Position numbers and translations under genes: made by a program. A stretch of DNA of 64,000 nt from an uncultured Gemmatimonadaceae bacterium (GTDB taxonomy: Bacteria > Gemmatimonadota > Gemmatimonadetes > Gemmatimonadales > Gemmatimonadaceae): contig OY970320.1 of assembly GCA_963716745.1 (NCBI GenBank), positions 384,001 through 448,000 on the forward strand, read 5' to 3'. Each line of letters opens with the position of its first letter. Position 1 is the stretch's first letter. Below, in pieces: positions 12,828-24,145 of the stretch. The notes beneath the pieces are model-generated. The model did not search any database, was not told the DNA's origin, and was given only the letters and a program-made list of their open reading frames with translations.

Positions 12828-14083
12828 GCGTCGTGCTCCCCGGCATTCACCGGACGCTGGATGAACACGCGGTCCACCCGGCGCCGCACCACGCGTTCCA
12901 CGGTGAACTCGAATCCGTCGATGATCGTGGCGTCGCCGGCCTTCGGCACCTTCCCGAACTGCAAGAACACCAGCCCGCCCACGGTGGACACTTCCTCCGC
13001 CGCCGCGGCGAAATGGTGGCCGAGCGTCTCGGCCAATTCATCGAGCGTCACTTTGCCCGAGACCCAATAGCGCGAGTCATCCTGCACGCGGATGGGCGGT
13101 TCGTCGCGATCGTTCTCATCGCGGATGTCGCCGACGATCTCCTCGAGGATGTCCTCGATGGTGATGAGCCCCGCAGTGCCGCCATATTCGTCCACCACGA
13201 TTGCGAGATGGTGGTGCGACGATTTGAAATCGCGGAGCTGCGCTTCCGCCGATTTCCCCTCGGGGATGAACGACGCGGGTCGCGCCTTGGTCTCCCATCC
13301 GCCCGCCGGTTCCACGCCGTCGATCACCGGCAGCAGGATGTCCTTGGCGAACAGCAAGCCGGTGATCTGATCGAGCGTCTCGTCGTACACCGGCAAGCGC
13401 GCGTGCTGCGAGCTGCGTACGCGGTCCACCACCTCGGACCAGGGTGTGTGCCGCTCGATGCCCACGATGTCCACGCGCGGCACCATGACCTCCTGCACCT
13501 CGGTGTCGGCGAGCGCCGAGTACCGCCGCAGGATGTCGCGCTGCACGGCGGGGAGCGACGTCTGCGTGCGGAACACCATCCGGAATGGCTCTGCGCCGAG
13601 TTGTTCCGCCGCGCCGCGCGGATCGGCGAGCGGCAGGATCTTGAGGAGGCGCGCGTCGAGCCACGCGCCCGCGAGACTGAAGGGCGCCGCGGCACGCTCC
13701 ACCGCATGGACGAATCCTCCCAGCCGGGCCAGCGTCGCCGCACCGGAGCGCTCGCCGTACGCGCGCGGCGCCGCCTCGGACACGTACACGATGACGAGCG
13801 CGAGCACGAGCGCGAGCAATGGCGCCAGCACGCGGCTGCCATCACCCAGCCCGAGCGCGAGCGCTCCCGCGATCCCCGTGATGAGGTGCATGATCACGCG
13901 CACGATCGAAAGCGCCCGGTGCGTGCGATCGCGCGCGTCGCCATGCGGCAGCGTGCTGCCCTCGCCGGTGCCGGCGAGACTCGCCGCCGCGGTGCCGCCC
14001 GCGAGCAGCGCGCCATCCGCCGCTGCGCAGCAGGTCGCGATCGCCGCCGAGAGGACAGCGATGAACGCCGCAAGGAAGGTCAT
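12824..14083 (-). CDS. CNNM/hemolysin family protein (TM domain, CBS pair, CorC_HlyC)
   Basis: Start MTFLAAFIAVL overlaps the ybeY stop; EVMVPR, HARLPVY, AIVVDEYGGTAGLITIEDILEEIVGDI. Confidence 0.88.
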   Translation of the reverse strand: MTFLAAFIAVLSAAIATCCAAADGALLAGGTAAASLAGTGEGSTLPHGDARDRTHRALSIVRVIMHLITGIAGALALGLGDGSRVLAPLLALVLALVIVYVSEAAPRAYGERSGAATLARLGGFVHAVERAAAPFSLAGAWLDARLLKILPLADPRGAAEQLGAEPFRMVFRTQTSLPAVQRDILRRYSALADTEVQEVMVPRVDIVGIERHTPWSEVVDRVRSSQHARLPVYDETLDQITGLLFAKDILLPVIDGVEPAGGWETKARPASFIPEGKSAEAQLRDFKSSHHHLAIVVDEYGGTAGLITIEDILEEIVGDIRDENDRDEPPIRVQDDSRYWVSGKVTLDELAETLGHHFAAAAEEVSTVGGLVFLQFGKVPKAGDATIIDGFEFTVERVVRRRVDRVFIQRPVNAGEHDA

Positions 14084-14526
14084 CGCGCCCTCCGCGCCAA
14101 TCGCGCGAGCAGCGTCTCCTGGCGGCGCCACATGGGCGAAGTCGTACGACCATTGCCCTCGGGATGATCGTGCCCCAGCGCGTGCAGCGTACCGTGCACG
14201 ATGAGCCGCATCAGTTCCTCGCGGAGCGGCACGCCGAACTCGCGCGCCTGCTCGCGCGCGACGTCCGGCGCGATGTACACATCCCCGATCACCGGTCCGC
14301 GCGTGCCCGACGGCGCGAAGCCGAACGAGATGACGTCGGTCGCTCCGCGCCGCGCGAGATGCTTCCGGTTCAGCGCCATGATCTCGCGCCGCGAGATGAA
14401 CGCCACCGAGAACATCGCGTCGCGCACGCCTTCCGCGCGCAGCACGCCCGCCGCCAGCGCGCGCGCATCGCCGCGCGAGAGCGGGAGTCGCCCGCCGTCG
14501 ATCGTGACCTCCACGGCGAGTGTCAC
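14080..14526 (-). CDS. ybeY: rRNA maturation endoribonuclease YbeY
   Basis: TDVISF, IGDVYIA, HGTLHALGHDH (H3xH5xH). Confidence 0.95.
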   Translation of the reverse strand: MTLAVEVTIDGGRLPLSRGDARALAAGVLRAEGVRDAMFSVAFISRREIMALNRKHLARRGATDVISFGFAPSGTRGPVIGDVYIAPDVAREQAREFGVPLREELMRLIVHGTLHALGHDHPEGNGRTTSPMWRRQETLLARLARRAR

Positions 14527-16739
14527 GTCGCCGAGAACTCCGCCGACACGCCGCCCGCCGCGGCCGGATAGTCAATGCGTGCGTGGTGCATGCCCACCAG
14601 CACGCGCACGAACTGGTCCTTGATCACCGAGATCTGACGCAGGGTGAGCGGCGCGTCGCGCATCTGCCCCTGCTCGACCCGCTGGCGCACGATGTGCTCC
14701 ACCACATCGCGAATGCGGGCCGGCGTAGGATCGCTCAGCACGCGCACCGATGCTTCTACCCCGTCGGCGAGCATCGCGATCGCCGTCTCGGCCGACTGCG
14801 GCACCGGCCCCGGATACTGGAACTCGGCGGCGCTGAGGCCGTTCGCGCCGTCGCGCTCCTTCGCCTTCTCGTAGAAGTAGGTGATCGGCGCCGTGCCATG
14901 GTGCTCCGGGATGAACGCGGTGATCGCCGCGGGCAGCTTGTGCTCCGCCGCGAGTTCGAGTCCCTCGCGGATGTGCCCCTTGATGATCTGCACGCTCGTG
15001 CCCGGCTTGAGCTTGTCGTGCGGGTTGCGACCGCCCGCCTGGTTCTCCACGAAATACTGCGGCTTCTTCAGCTTTCCGATGTCGTGATAGTATGTGCCGA
15101 CGCGGCCGAGCAGGCCGTTGGCGCCGATCGCGTTGCACGCCGCTTCCACGAGATTCGCCATCGCCATCGTGTGCGCATAGGTGCCCGGTGCCTCGACGCT
15201 CAGCCGCTTGAGGAGCGGCCGGTTGAGGTCGGAGTACTCGATGAGCGTGAGATGCGACGTGACGCCGGTCATCCGCTCGGCGAGCGGAATGAGGAACACC
15301 GCGAACACCACGCTCACGACCGCGTTCAGCACACCGAACAGACCGCCACGCGCGATGTCGGCGGCGCTCCACCCGAGCGTGAGCCCGATGGCGAGCGCCG
15401 CAGCGAGGTATGCGAGCGCGATCGTGATCACGTACTGGTACGTTTGCGTGCGGCGCAGCATGACGCGCGCACTGAGCGCCGCCGCCGAACCGCCGACCAG
15501 ATTGATGAACAGCGCGTTCGTGCCGCGGTAGGCGCCCTGCCCGCCCACGAGCACCGCGAGCGTCATCGCCGCGATGAGGCTGATGCGCGGATCGAAGACG
15601 ATGCAGAAGATCACCGCGGCGAACGCCACCGGAATGAGCTCGGGACGGCCCGGCGCCCAGTGCGCGCCTGCCGCCGCCGCCGCGATCACGATGAGCGACA
15701 CCACCGCGAACAACATCAGTGCGCGCAGCGAATCGTAGAGCGCCGGCCGGAAGAGCACGATCGCGACCCAGAAGATCGCGAGCACGAGCGCGTTGTAGAG
15801 GATCGCGCCGACGAACCGGGAGAACGCGGCTTCCCCGCGTTGGCGCCCCTGCGTGGCATCGTGCAGCGCGCGCATCTTGTCGTACTCCGCACGCCCCACC
15901 ACTTCATGGGCGCCAATGATCTTCTCCTGTTCCCGCACCTGCAGCAGGAAGGGCGAGATCGCAGCGCGCACGTCGGCGCGGCGCTGCTCCGTCGCGGCGC
16001 GATCGAGCACGAGCGACGGCTGGAACACGGCGGCGAGCACCTTCCCGTACGCGCTGTCGCTCGCGGGCGAGCCGGGATCGGGGCGATGCGTCTGGGCGCG
16101 CGCGAGCAGCGTGCTGAATGTCGCGACGCTGTCCGCGAGCATCGTGCGCTCACCGCCGGCGCGGTGGATCACCACTTCCCCATGCTCGCCGGCGAGCGAC
16201 CCGGCGCCGGCGATCCCCGTGGGCAGCTCGCGGTCGAGCACGCGGCGCACCGCCTCGCGCATCGTGCGCCGGTGCATCGCCGAGGCGAGATACTGCGCTT
16301 CCGCGATGGTGAGCGGCGCGCCGAAGCGCGCCGACGCCTGCTGGATCGCCTCGGTGGCACCGGCCGGCCGGGTCGCCGCCGCGCCGAGTGAATCGGTGAG
16401 CGCGTCAAGCACGCGATCGGCGCTGTCGAGTGCCACCGGGTCGTACGTGAGAATCAGGCTCACCGTGCGCGCGGCGTCGTCGCGTTCCTTCGCGAGATCC
16501 CCGGCTGGCTTGGGTACCGAGAACTCAAACGGCGCGATCACATCGCGCGTCGCGACCGAGCCGACTTCGAAGATCGGCGAGTCGACTGCCGCGCCCACCG
16601 GGAACAGCAGATACGTCGCGATCGCGAGCACGCCGAGGATCGCGATGCGCGCGGCGTGGTATCGCATGCGCGCCGTGCGCGCGACCGGCGCCGGCGCCGA
16701 TCCGCCGTTCCCTCGCTCTGGCCCCACCCGCGTCGCCAC
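14523..16739 (-). CDS. 7TM-HD family phosphohydrolase (PgpH-like, putative c-di-AMP phosphodiesterase)
   Basis: N-terminal TM, large extracytoplasmic domain, multiple TMs, then EAPGTYAH...YYHDIGK...YFVENQ...EHHGT...YPGPVP...MLADGVEA; in a phoH-ybeY context. Confidence 0.88.
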   Translation of the reverse strand: MATRVGPERGNGGSAPAPVARTARMRYHAARIAILGVLAIATYLLFPVGAAVDSPIFEVGSVATRDVIAPFEFSVPKPAGDLAKERDDAARTVSLILTYDPVALDSADRVLDALTDSLGAAATRPAGATEAIQQASARFGAPLTIAEAQYLASAMHRRTMREAVRRVLDRELPTGIAGAGSLAGEHGEVVIHRAGGERTMLADSVATFSTLLARAQTHRPDPGSPASDSAYGKVLAAVFQPSLVLDRAATEQRRADVRAAISPFLLQVREQEKIIGAHEVVGRAEYDKMRALHDATQGRQRGEAAFSRFVGAILYNALVLAIFWVAIVLFRPALYDSLRALMLFAVVSLIVIAAAAAGAHWAPGRPELIPVAFAAVIFCIVFDPRISLIAAMTLAVLVGGQGAYRGTNALFINLVGGSAAALSARVMLRRTQTYQYVITIALAYLAAALAIGLTLGWSAADIARGGLFGVLNAVVSVVFAVFLIPLAERMTGVTSHLTLIEYSDLNRPLLKRLSVEAPGTYAHTMAMANLVEAACNAIGANGLLGRVGTYYHDIGKLKKPQYFVENQAGGRNPHDKLKPGTSVQIIKGHIREGLELAAEHKLPAAITAFIPEHHGTAPITYFYEKAKERDGANGLSAAEFQYPGPVPQSAETAIAMLADGVEASVRVLSDPTPARIRDVVEHIVRQRVEQGQMRDAPLTLRQISVIKDQFVRVLVGMHHARIDYPAAAGGVSAEFSAT

Positions 16740-16742
16740 GCG

Positions 16743-17704
16743 CTACGGCGACCCGCTGTCGCGCGCGTAGGCCTTCACGATCTCGCGCACCAGGCGGTGG
16801 CGGATCACGTCGGCCTCGGTGAAATAGTGGAACCCGATCCCGTCGATGCCCTTGAGCACGCGCTCCACCTCGAGCAGCCCCGAGCGCTCGGTGGACGGCA
16901 GGTCGATCTGCGTCGTGTCGCCGGTGATGACGGCCTTGGAGTTCACGCCGAGCCGCGTAAGGAACATCTTCATCTGCGCGCTGGTCGCGTTCTGCGCCTC
17001 GTCGAGGATCACGAACGCGTCCGCGAGCGTGCGGCCGCGCATGTACGCCAGCGGCGCGATCTCGATGGTGCGTGTCTCGAGCAGCTTCTGCACGCGCTCC
17101 ACCGGCATCATGTCGTCCAGCGCATCGTAGAGCGGGCGCAGGTACGGATCGACCTTCGCCTGCAGATCGCCGGGGAGGAAACCGAGGTTCTCCCCCGCTT
17201 CCACGGCGGGGCGCGCGAGCACGATGCGCCGCACGCGTTTGCGCGAGAGCGCGTCGACGGCCATCGCGACGGCGAGATATGTCTTGCCCGTTCCCGCCGG
17301 ACCGATGCCGATCACGATATCATTGTCGGCGATCTGCTCGAGATACTCGCCTTGCCCCGGCGTCTTGGGCTGGATCACGCGGCGCAGTCCGGGGAGTACG
17401 ATGCGGCGCTCGCCCGGGGGACCGCCGTTCCCATTGCCGCTCTCCGGCCCTTCGAGCGTGAGCCGCAGGACATCGTCCGGCGTGAGCGGGAGCTGCTGCC
17501 GCGATGTCTCGACCATCTTCGCGGCCACCGGCATCGCGCGCTCCACCATCTCGGCCGGCCCGCTAATGGACAGCGCGTCGCCGCGGAGCGCCACCCGCAC
17601 GCTGCACAGCCGCGCGAGCTCCACGAGGTTCGCGTCGTTCACGCCGGCGAGCGTGAGCATGTCGGCGCCCTCGGCGCTGATCCGCTGCGTGACGATCTCT
17701 TCAC

Positions 17705-17708
<4 letters not shown>
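16743..17708 (-). CDS. phoH: PhoH family ATPase (YbeZ-like)
   Basis: GPAGTGKTYLA, RPAVEAGENLGFLPG, APLAYMRGRT, ILDEAQN, GDTTQIDL. Confidence 0.95.
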
Positions 17709-19479
<1,771 letters not shown>

Positions 19480-19483
<4 letters not shown>

Positions 19484-19830
19484 GCGCTCACGCGTTCGCG
19501 CGTGAACAGGTGCGCGACCATAGAGAAGGCCGCGCCACTGACGTCGGCGATCCAGTCCTCGAGATCCATCGTGCGCCCGGGAATGAACTTCTGATGGAAT
19601 TCGTCGAGCGCGGCGAACACCGCGATGAAGAGCAGCACCAGCGCGATACGCTGCGAGAGCTTCCCCGGCATCGCCGGCAACAGCAGCGCTGCGAAGATCC
19701 CGTAGAAGGTGAAGTGCACCACCTTGTCCAGGTTCGGCACGTTCACGCGCGGGATGTACGAGCCCGGGATCGAGGTCGCGATCAGAATGCACACCGCCCA
19801 AAGGAGCGGCAGCACCCACATCCGCTTCAT
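19480..19830 (-). CDS. VanZ family membrane protein
   Basis: DKVVHFTFYG...LDEFHQKFIPGRT...DWIAD. Confidence 0.85.
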
Positions 19831-20288
19831 CACGCGGCCTCCGAGGAGCGCACGATGTCCAGGAAGGCCGCGGCCGTAGGCGCGGTCATGAGATCCTTGC
19901 GCAACTGATCGCGGCGCAGGAGGCGCGAAATGCGGCTCAGCACCTTCACGTGCGCGCCCGCCGCGCTCTCCGGACCCACCAGCAGGAAGAACAGGCACAC
20001 CGGCTTGCCGTCGAGCGCGTCGAAATCGATGCCGTCGTGCGCGACGCCTGCCGCCACGACGAGCTGATCGACATGCGGCGTCTTGCCGTGCGGAATGGCG
20101 ATCCCCGCGCCGATGCCGGTGCTGAGCACCAATTCGCGCTCGCGCACCGCGGCCAGGATTGGCGCGGCGTCGGGGGCGTGCGGTCCTTTGGCAACGAGGT
20201 CGACCAGTTCCTTCAAGACATCGTTCTTCGTGCGACTGCCCAGCGGCACTTTCACGCGGTCCGCCGACAGCAGCTCTGAGAGCAGCAA
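19830..20288 (-). CDS. PTS EIIA domain protein (fructose/nitrogen EIIA-2 family)
   Basis: TTG start after GGAGA; RERELVLSTGIGAGIAIPHGK, DFDALDGKPV. Confidence 0.9.
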   Translation of the reverse strand: MLLSELLSADRVKVPLGSRTKNDVLKELVDLVAKGPHAPDAAPILAAVRERELVLSTGIGAGIAIPHGKTPHVDQLVVAAGVAHDGIDFDALDGKPVCLFFLLVGPESAAGAHVKVLSRISRLLRRDQLRKDLMTAPTAAAFLDIVRSSEAA

Positions 20289-20456
20289 GGAGTCTCCAGG
20301 GTCTTTAGCGGCAAACGACAAAGTTAACTTCCAGCGGCGGTGCACGGTAGCCGAGCAGAATCCGCGCGGATCGCGTCCGCGGCGCTTCCAACTGTAAGAC
20401 CTGCGGATACTTGCGGCGTTCCGGCGCGGCGCTCCCTCACCCGCTAGATTGCCTGT

Positions 20457-21539
20457 GTGACCGACAAACCGAATCTTCTGGATCTCCTCCCCGACGTGGC
20501 CGAGGGGCAGCTGCGCGATTTCGCGGTCGCCCAGGGCGAACCGGCGTACCGCGGCGGCCAGGTCGCGCAGCGCCTGTGGAAGAATCCGGCCCGCGATTTC
20601 GCGTCAATGACCGAGCTGCCGGCCGCGTTCCGGGCGAAGCTCGATGAGCACTTCGCCATGCCGCGGCTCACGATCGCGGCGCATCAGCGCTCGATCGACG
20701 GGACGCAGAAGTTCCTCTTTCAGTTGGCCGACGGCCAGCAGATCGAGACGGTCGCGATCCCCGAGGATTCCCGCCTGACGCTCTGCATCTCCTCGCAAGC
20801 GGGTTGCGCGCTCCAGTGCGCCTTCTGCGCCACCGGCAAGATGGGATTCCAGCGCAATCTCACGGCATTCGAGATCGCGGGCCAAGTGCGCGAGATGGGA
20901 TTCCTCGAGACGCCGCTGAAGGTCACGAACGTCGTGTTCATGGGCATGGGCGAGCCGCTCATGAACTGGCCGCGCGTGGCGGTCGCGCTCTCGTTGCTCA
21001 ACCGCCCCGACGCGCTCGGCATCGGCGCCCGGCATATCACGGTGTCCACCGTGGGCGTGCTTCCCGGGATCGTTTCGCTCGGCCAGCGCCCCGAGCAATT
21101 CCGCCTCGCGATCTCGATCCACGCGCCGAGCGATGATCTGCGCCGTCAGCTCATGCCGGTGAATGTGAAGTATCCGCTCGCTGACGTGATCGCGGCGGCC
21201 AAAACGTTCGACCGGCGCGTGACGTTCGAGTACGTGCTGCTCGGCGGCGTGAACAATGCGCCCGAGCACGCGATGAACCTCGCGCGCCTCGCGAAGGAGT
21301 GCAAAGCGTTCGTGAACCTCATCCCGCTGCATCCCGGCGGCGCGCAGGAATTCAAACCGAGTACACCGGAGCGCGTGCGCGCGTTCACGAAGGAGCTCAA
21401 GAAGGCGGACGTCGAGATGGCGATCCGGAAGAGCCGCGGCACCGACATCTCGGCCGCGTGCGGCCAGCTACGGGTAGAACGGCTCGGCCGGCGGGCGCCA
21501 GCCGGCGCCGATAAGGACGGTCAGATCAACGTCGCGTAG
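20457..21539 (+). CDS. rlmN: dual-specificity rRNA/tRNA methyltransferase RlmN (radical SAM)
   Basis: CISSQAGCALQCAFCATG, VFMGMGEP, DISAACGQL. Confidence 0.96.
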   Translation: MTDKPNLLDLLPDVAEGQLRDFAVAQGEPAYRGGQVAQRLWKNPARDFASMTELPAAFRAKLDEHFAMPRLTIAAHQRSIDGTQKFLFQLADGQQIETVAIPEDSRLTLCISSQAGCALQCAFCATGKMGFQRNLTAFEIAGQVREMGFLETPLKVTNVVFMGMGEPLMNWPRVAVALSLLNRPDALGIGARHITVSTVGVLPGIVSLGQRPEQFRLAISIHAPSDDLRRQLMPVNVKYPLADVIAAAKTFDRRVTFEYVLLGGVNNAPEHAMNLARLAKECKAFVNLIPLHPGGAQEFKPSTPERVRAFTKELKKADVEMAIRKSRGTDISAACGQLRVERLGRRAPAGADKDGQINVA

Positions 21540-21902
21540 CGTGTCGGGGCGCGATTCGATCCTCGCGCCGCCCATCGCGCGCGCGGCGCGCGCGGCCCAG
21601 TCGGGATGATTCGTGCGGTCGAGGACAAGCGTGCTGTCGCGCCGCTCGTTCGTCGTGCCCTGCAGCACAATATCGAAACCCTCATCGCGCAAATGGATCG
21701 TGGCGCGGCGCGCGAGCCCGCGTACCGTCGAGGCGTTGAGCACTTCCACGCGTATCCGCGGGCCTGTGCGAGCGACCACAGTCGGTCGTGAGGCGGCTGG
21801 GAACGTATCGACGATCCTCCCGGGAATCCCGATCTTTCGGAAGACCACCGCCAGTGCGAGCAGCAGCACGAGCGCGGCCACCCATGCGCGGCGCTTCTTC
21901 AT
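21468..21902 (-). CDS. LytR C-terminal domain-containing membrane-anchored protein
   Basis: N-terminal TM, then IRVEVLNASTVRGLARRA...DLTVLIGAGW. Confidence 0.82.
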   Translation of the reverse strand: MKKRRAWVAALVLLLALAVVFRKIGIPGRIVDTFPAASRPTVVARTGPRIRVEVLNASTVRGLARRATIHLRDEGFDIVLQGTTNERRDSTLVLDRTNHPDWAARAARAMGGARIESRPDTLRDVDLTVLIGAGWRPPAEPFYP

Positions 21903-22444
21903 CGCACCGAATCCCAGAGGTGCGACGTCTCCGCGTCGAGCGGCCGCCCCTCGCGCAGCGTCCACGCGATGCGGTTCTGCACGACGCGCCGGAACGTGCC
22001 GTCAAAATCATCCGCCACGTCGGCGGCGAGCTCGGCGCGGATCTCGCGGTCGAATTTGCGGCCGGGCTCCAGGAAGTCCGCCATGAACAGCGCGCGCCCG
22101 GTGCGCGCCCAATCCTTGCTCCCCACCGTGTGCCACCGCACCGCTTCGAGCACGTCCGATCGTTCCTCGCCCTCGGTCTCGAGCTTCACGGCGGCGGCGG
22201 GTCCGTGCAGCAGCGGCGCGGCGGTGAGCCGGTCGCCCGTAAGCCGGCGCAACAACGGTTCCGGCGCGTCGCGCAGCGCATCGTGGAACCGGCCCGCATC
22301 CCGCCACGCGGCGCGCGTGGCATCGTCGACTCGCATCGCGCGCGCCCAGTGATCCAGCAACGCGGTCACGCGTGCAATGTGCGCGCGCCGCTTCTCTCCC
22401 GCCACCGCCCACGGCGGCAGATCAATCGAAGCCGCGGCGGACAT
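21899..22444 (-). CDS. HD domain hydrolase, YqeK-like (putative Ap4A hydrolase)
   Basis: RRAHIARV...FHDALR...LHGPAAA...AVRWHTVG...FMADFLEPGR. Confidence 0.8.
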   Translation of the reverse strand: MSAAASIDLPPWAVAGEKRRAHIARVTALLDHWARAMRVDDATRAAWRDAGRFHDALRDAPEPLLRRLTGDRLTAAPLLHGPAAAVKLETEGEERSDVLEAVRWHTVGSKDWARTGRALFMADFLEPGRKFDREIRAELAADVADDFDGTFRRVVQNRIAWTLREGRPLDAETSHLWDSVR

Positions 22445-23255
22445 AGGGCTCCAGCACCGCATGGTTCCTCACGCTCGTGCGCGCGACATAGTTCCAACCC
22501 TTGAGCTCCACGCCGCGCCCGAGCATCGCATCGGCGAGCCGTGAGTAAGGCCCGATCACGCATTCGCGGCCGATCGCGGTGTGTCCCTCGAGCACGGCGC
22601 CGGGGTAGATCACCGTGTCCTCGCCGATCGTGACGTCGGCATCCACCCACGTCGTGGCAGGCAGCACGAAGCTGACGCCGGCCGCTTCGTGCCGGCGGAT
22701 GAGCCGGTCGTGGATCGCGAGCGCCGCCACCGCCATCGCATGACGGTCGGTGAGCAGCAGCGCCTCTTCCGGCGCGGTCGCGGCGATGGACACGGCGCCG
22801 TGCGGACGGCGCGGGTCGTCGGCGGACGCGAGCGCGGGACCCTCCCCCGCGACCGCCGCGCACGCCGTGTCCTCGCCCGGCGCGCGCAGTGCGACCATGC
22901 CGCGGTCCGCGGCGCGCAATAATCGCGCGATCGTCGCCGGCGAGATAAGTGGCGCCGCGCCGTCCACGAGCATCGTGAGACCGGGCGGCGTGACCGCCGC
23001 GCGCATCGCGATCAGCTCCTCGCCCGCGTTCACGGCCTCGAGACGCAACGGCACCGGGAAGGAATCGGGCACGAGCAGCGGCGACGCCGCGCGGTGCAGC
23101 ACGCGAACGGACGCCGGTAGTTCCTCCATCTCCGCGAGCGCGAGCAGCGCATGCCAAAGCACCGGCCGCCCGGCGAGCGGGTGCAGATAGAGGCTCACGC
23201 TCGACTTGAACGTGTCGCCGTCGTCGAGCGCGGCGACCACGGCGTTCCAGGTCAC
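22422..23255 (-). CDS. GlmU-like protein, shortened with degenerate catalytic motifs
   Basis: FKSSVSLYLHPLAGRPVLWHAL; AGVSFVLPATTWVDADVTIGEDTVIYPGAVLEGHTAIGRECVIGPYS hexapeptide repeats; only 277 aa. Confidence 0.75.
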   Translation of the reverse strand: MTWNAVVAALDDGDTFKSSVSLYLHPLAGRPVLWHALLALAEMEELPASVRVLHRAASPLLVPDSFPVPLRLEAVNAGEELIAMRAAVTPPGLTMLVDGAAPLISPATIARLLRAADRGMVALRAPGEDTACAAVAGEGPALASADDPRRPHGAVSIAATAPEEALLLTDRHAMAVAALAIHDRLIRRHEAAGVSFVLPATTWVDADVTIGEDTVIYPGAVLEGHTAIGRECVIGPYSRLADAMLGRGVELKGWNYVARTSVRNHAVLEPYVRRGFD

Positions 23256-24145
23256 GACGCGCCGAGGATGATGTTGTCGATGAGACGCGTGGGGCCCACG
23301 CGCGCCGCGACCATCACGATCGTCCCCGGATCGGCGACGGCCACGGGCTCGAGACGCTCGCCATCCACGAGCGCCAGATAGTCGACGCTCACGCCCGGCT
23401 CCTCGGCGAGCACGTCGTAGCCGAGCGTCTCGAGCGCCGCGGCGTCGCGCTCGCCCGACTCGGCGGCGTCGGCGATCGCGCGCAGCGCCCGCGAGAGCAC
23501 GAGCGCGCGGCGCCGGTCGTCGCCCGACAGGTAGCCGTTGCGGCTCGACATCGCGAGGCCGTCATCTTCCCGCACCGTGGCGGCGACTTCGATCGCGACC
23601 GGAAAATCGAGGTCGCGTACCATCGCGCGCACGAGCGTCGCTTGCTGGATGTCCTTCTGGCCGAACACTGCCACCTGCGGCTGTACGAGATTGAACAGCT
23701 TCGCGACCACCGTGAGCATCCCGCCGAAATGTCCGGGGCGCACCGCTCCCTCCCACCGGTCGGCGAGCGCATGCGGCGTAACGGAGACCACGCGATCGCC
23801 CGGGTACATGTCCTCGGCGCGCGGCGCGAACACAAGGTCGACGCCGTGCGCTCCCGCTTTGCGCACATCGCCCTCGAGATCGCGCGGGTACCTGGCGAAG
23901 TCCTCGTGCGGACCGAACTGCAGCGGGTTCACGAAGATCGACATCACGACGAACGCACTCTGCTGGCGCGCCACGTCCACCAGTCGCAGATGCCCCTCGT
24001 GGAGGAATCCCATCGTGGGCACGAGACCCACCGCCACGCCGCGAGCGCGAGGCACGGCAAGCGCCTCCGCCAATTCCGCGACGCGCGTGACCACTCTCGT
24101 CGCAGGCGGCGCGCCGGTACCGGCGCTAGAAACTGTGATCGGCAT
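23252..24145 (-). CDS. panC: pantoate--beta-alanine ligase (start uncertain)
   Basis: VPTMGFLHEGH, SIFVNPLQF, RPGHF, FGQKDIQQ, GLAMSSRN, RLIDN. Confidence 0.95.
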   Translation of the reverse strand: MPITVSSAGTGAPPATRVVTRVAELAEALAVPRARGVAVGLVPTMGFLHEGHLRLVDVARQQSAFVVMSIFVNPLQFGPHEDFARYPRDLEGDVRKAGAHGVDLVFAPRAEDMYPGDRVVSVTPHALADRWEGAVRPGHFGGMLTVVAKLFNLVQPQVAVFGQKDIQQATLVRAMVRDLDFPVAIEVAATVREDDGLAMSSRNGYLSGDDRRRALVLSRALRAIADAAESGERDAAALETLGYDVLAEEPGVSVDYLALVDGERLEPVAVADPGTIVMVAARVGPTRLIDNIILGAS

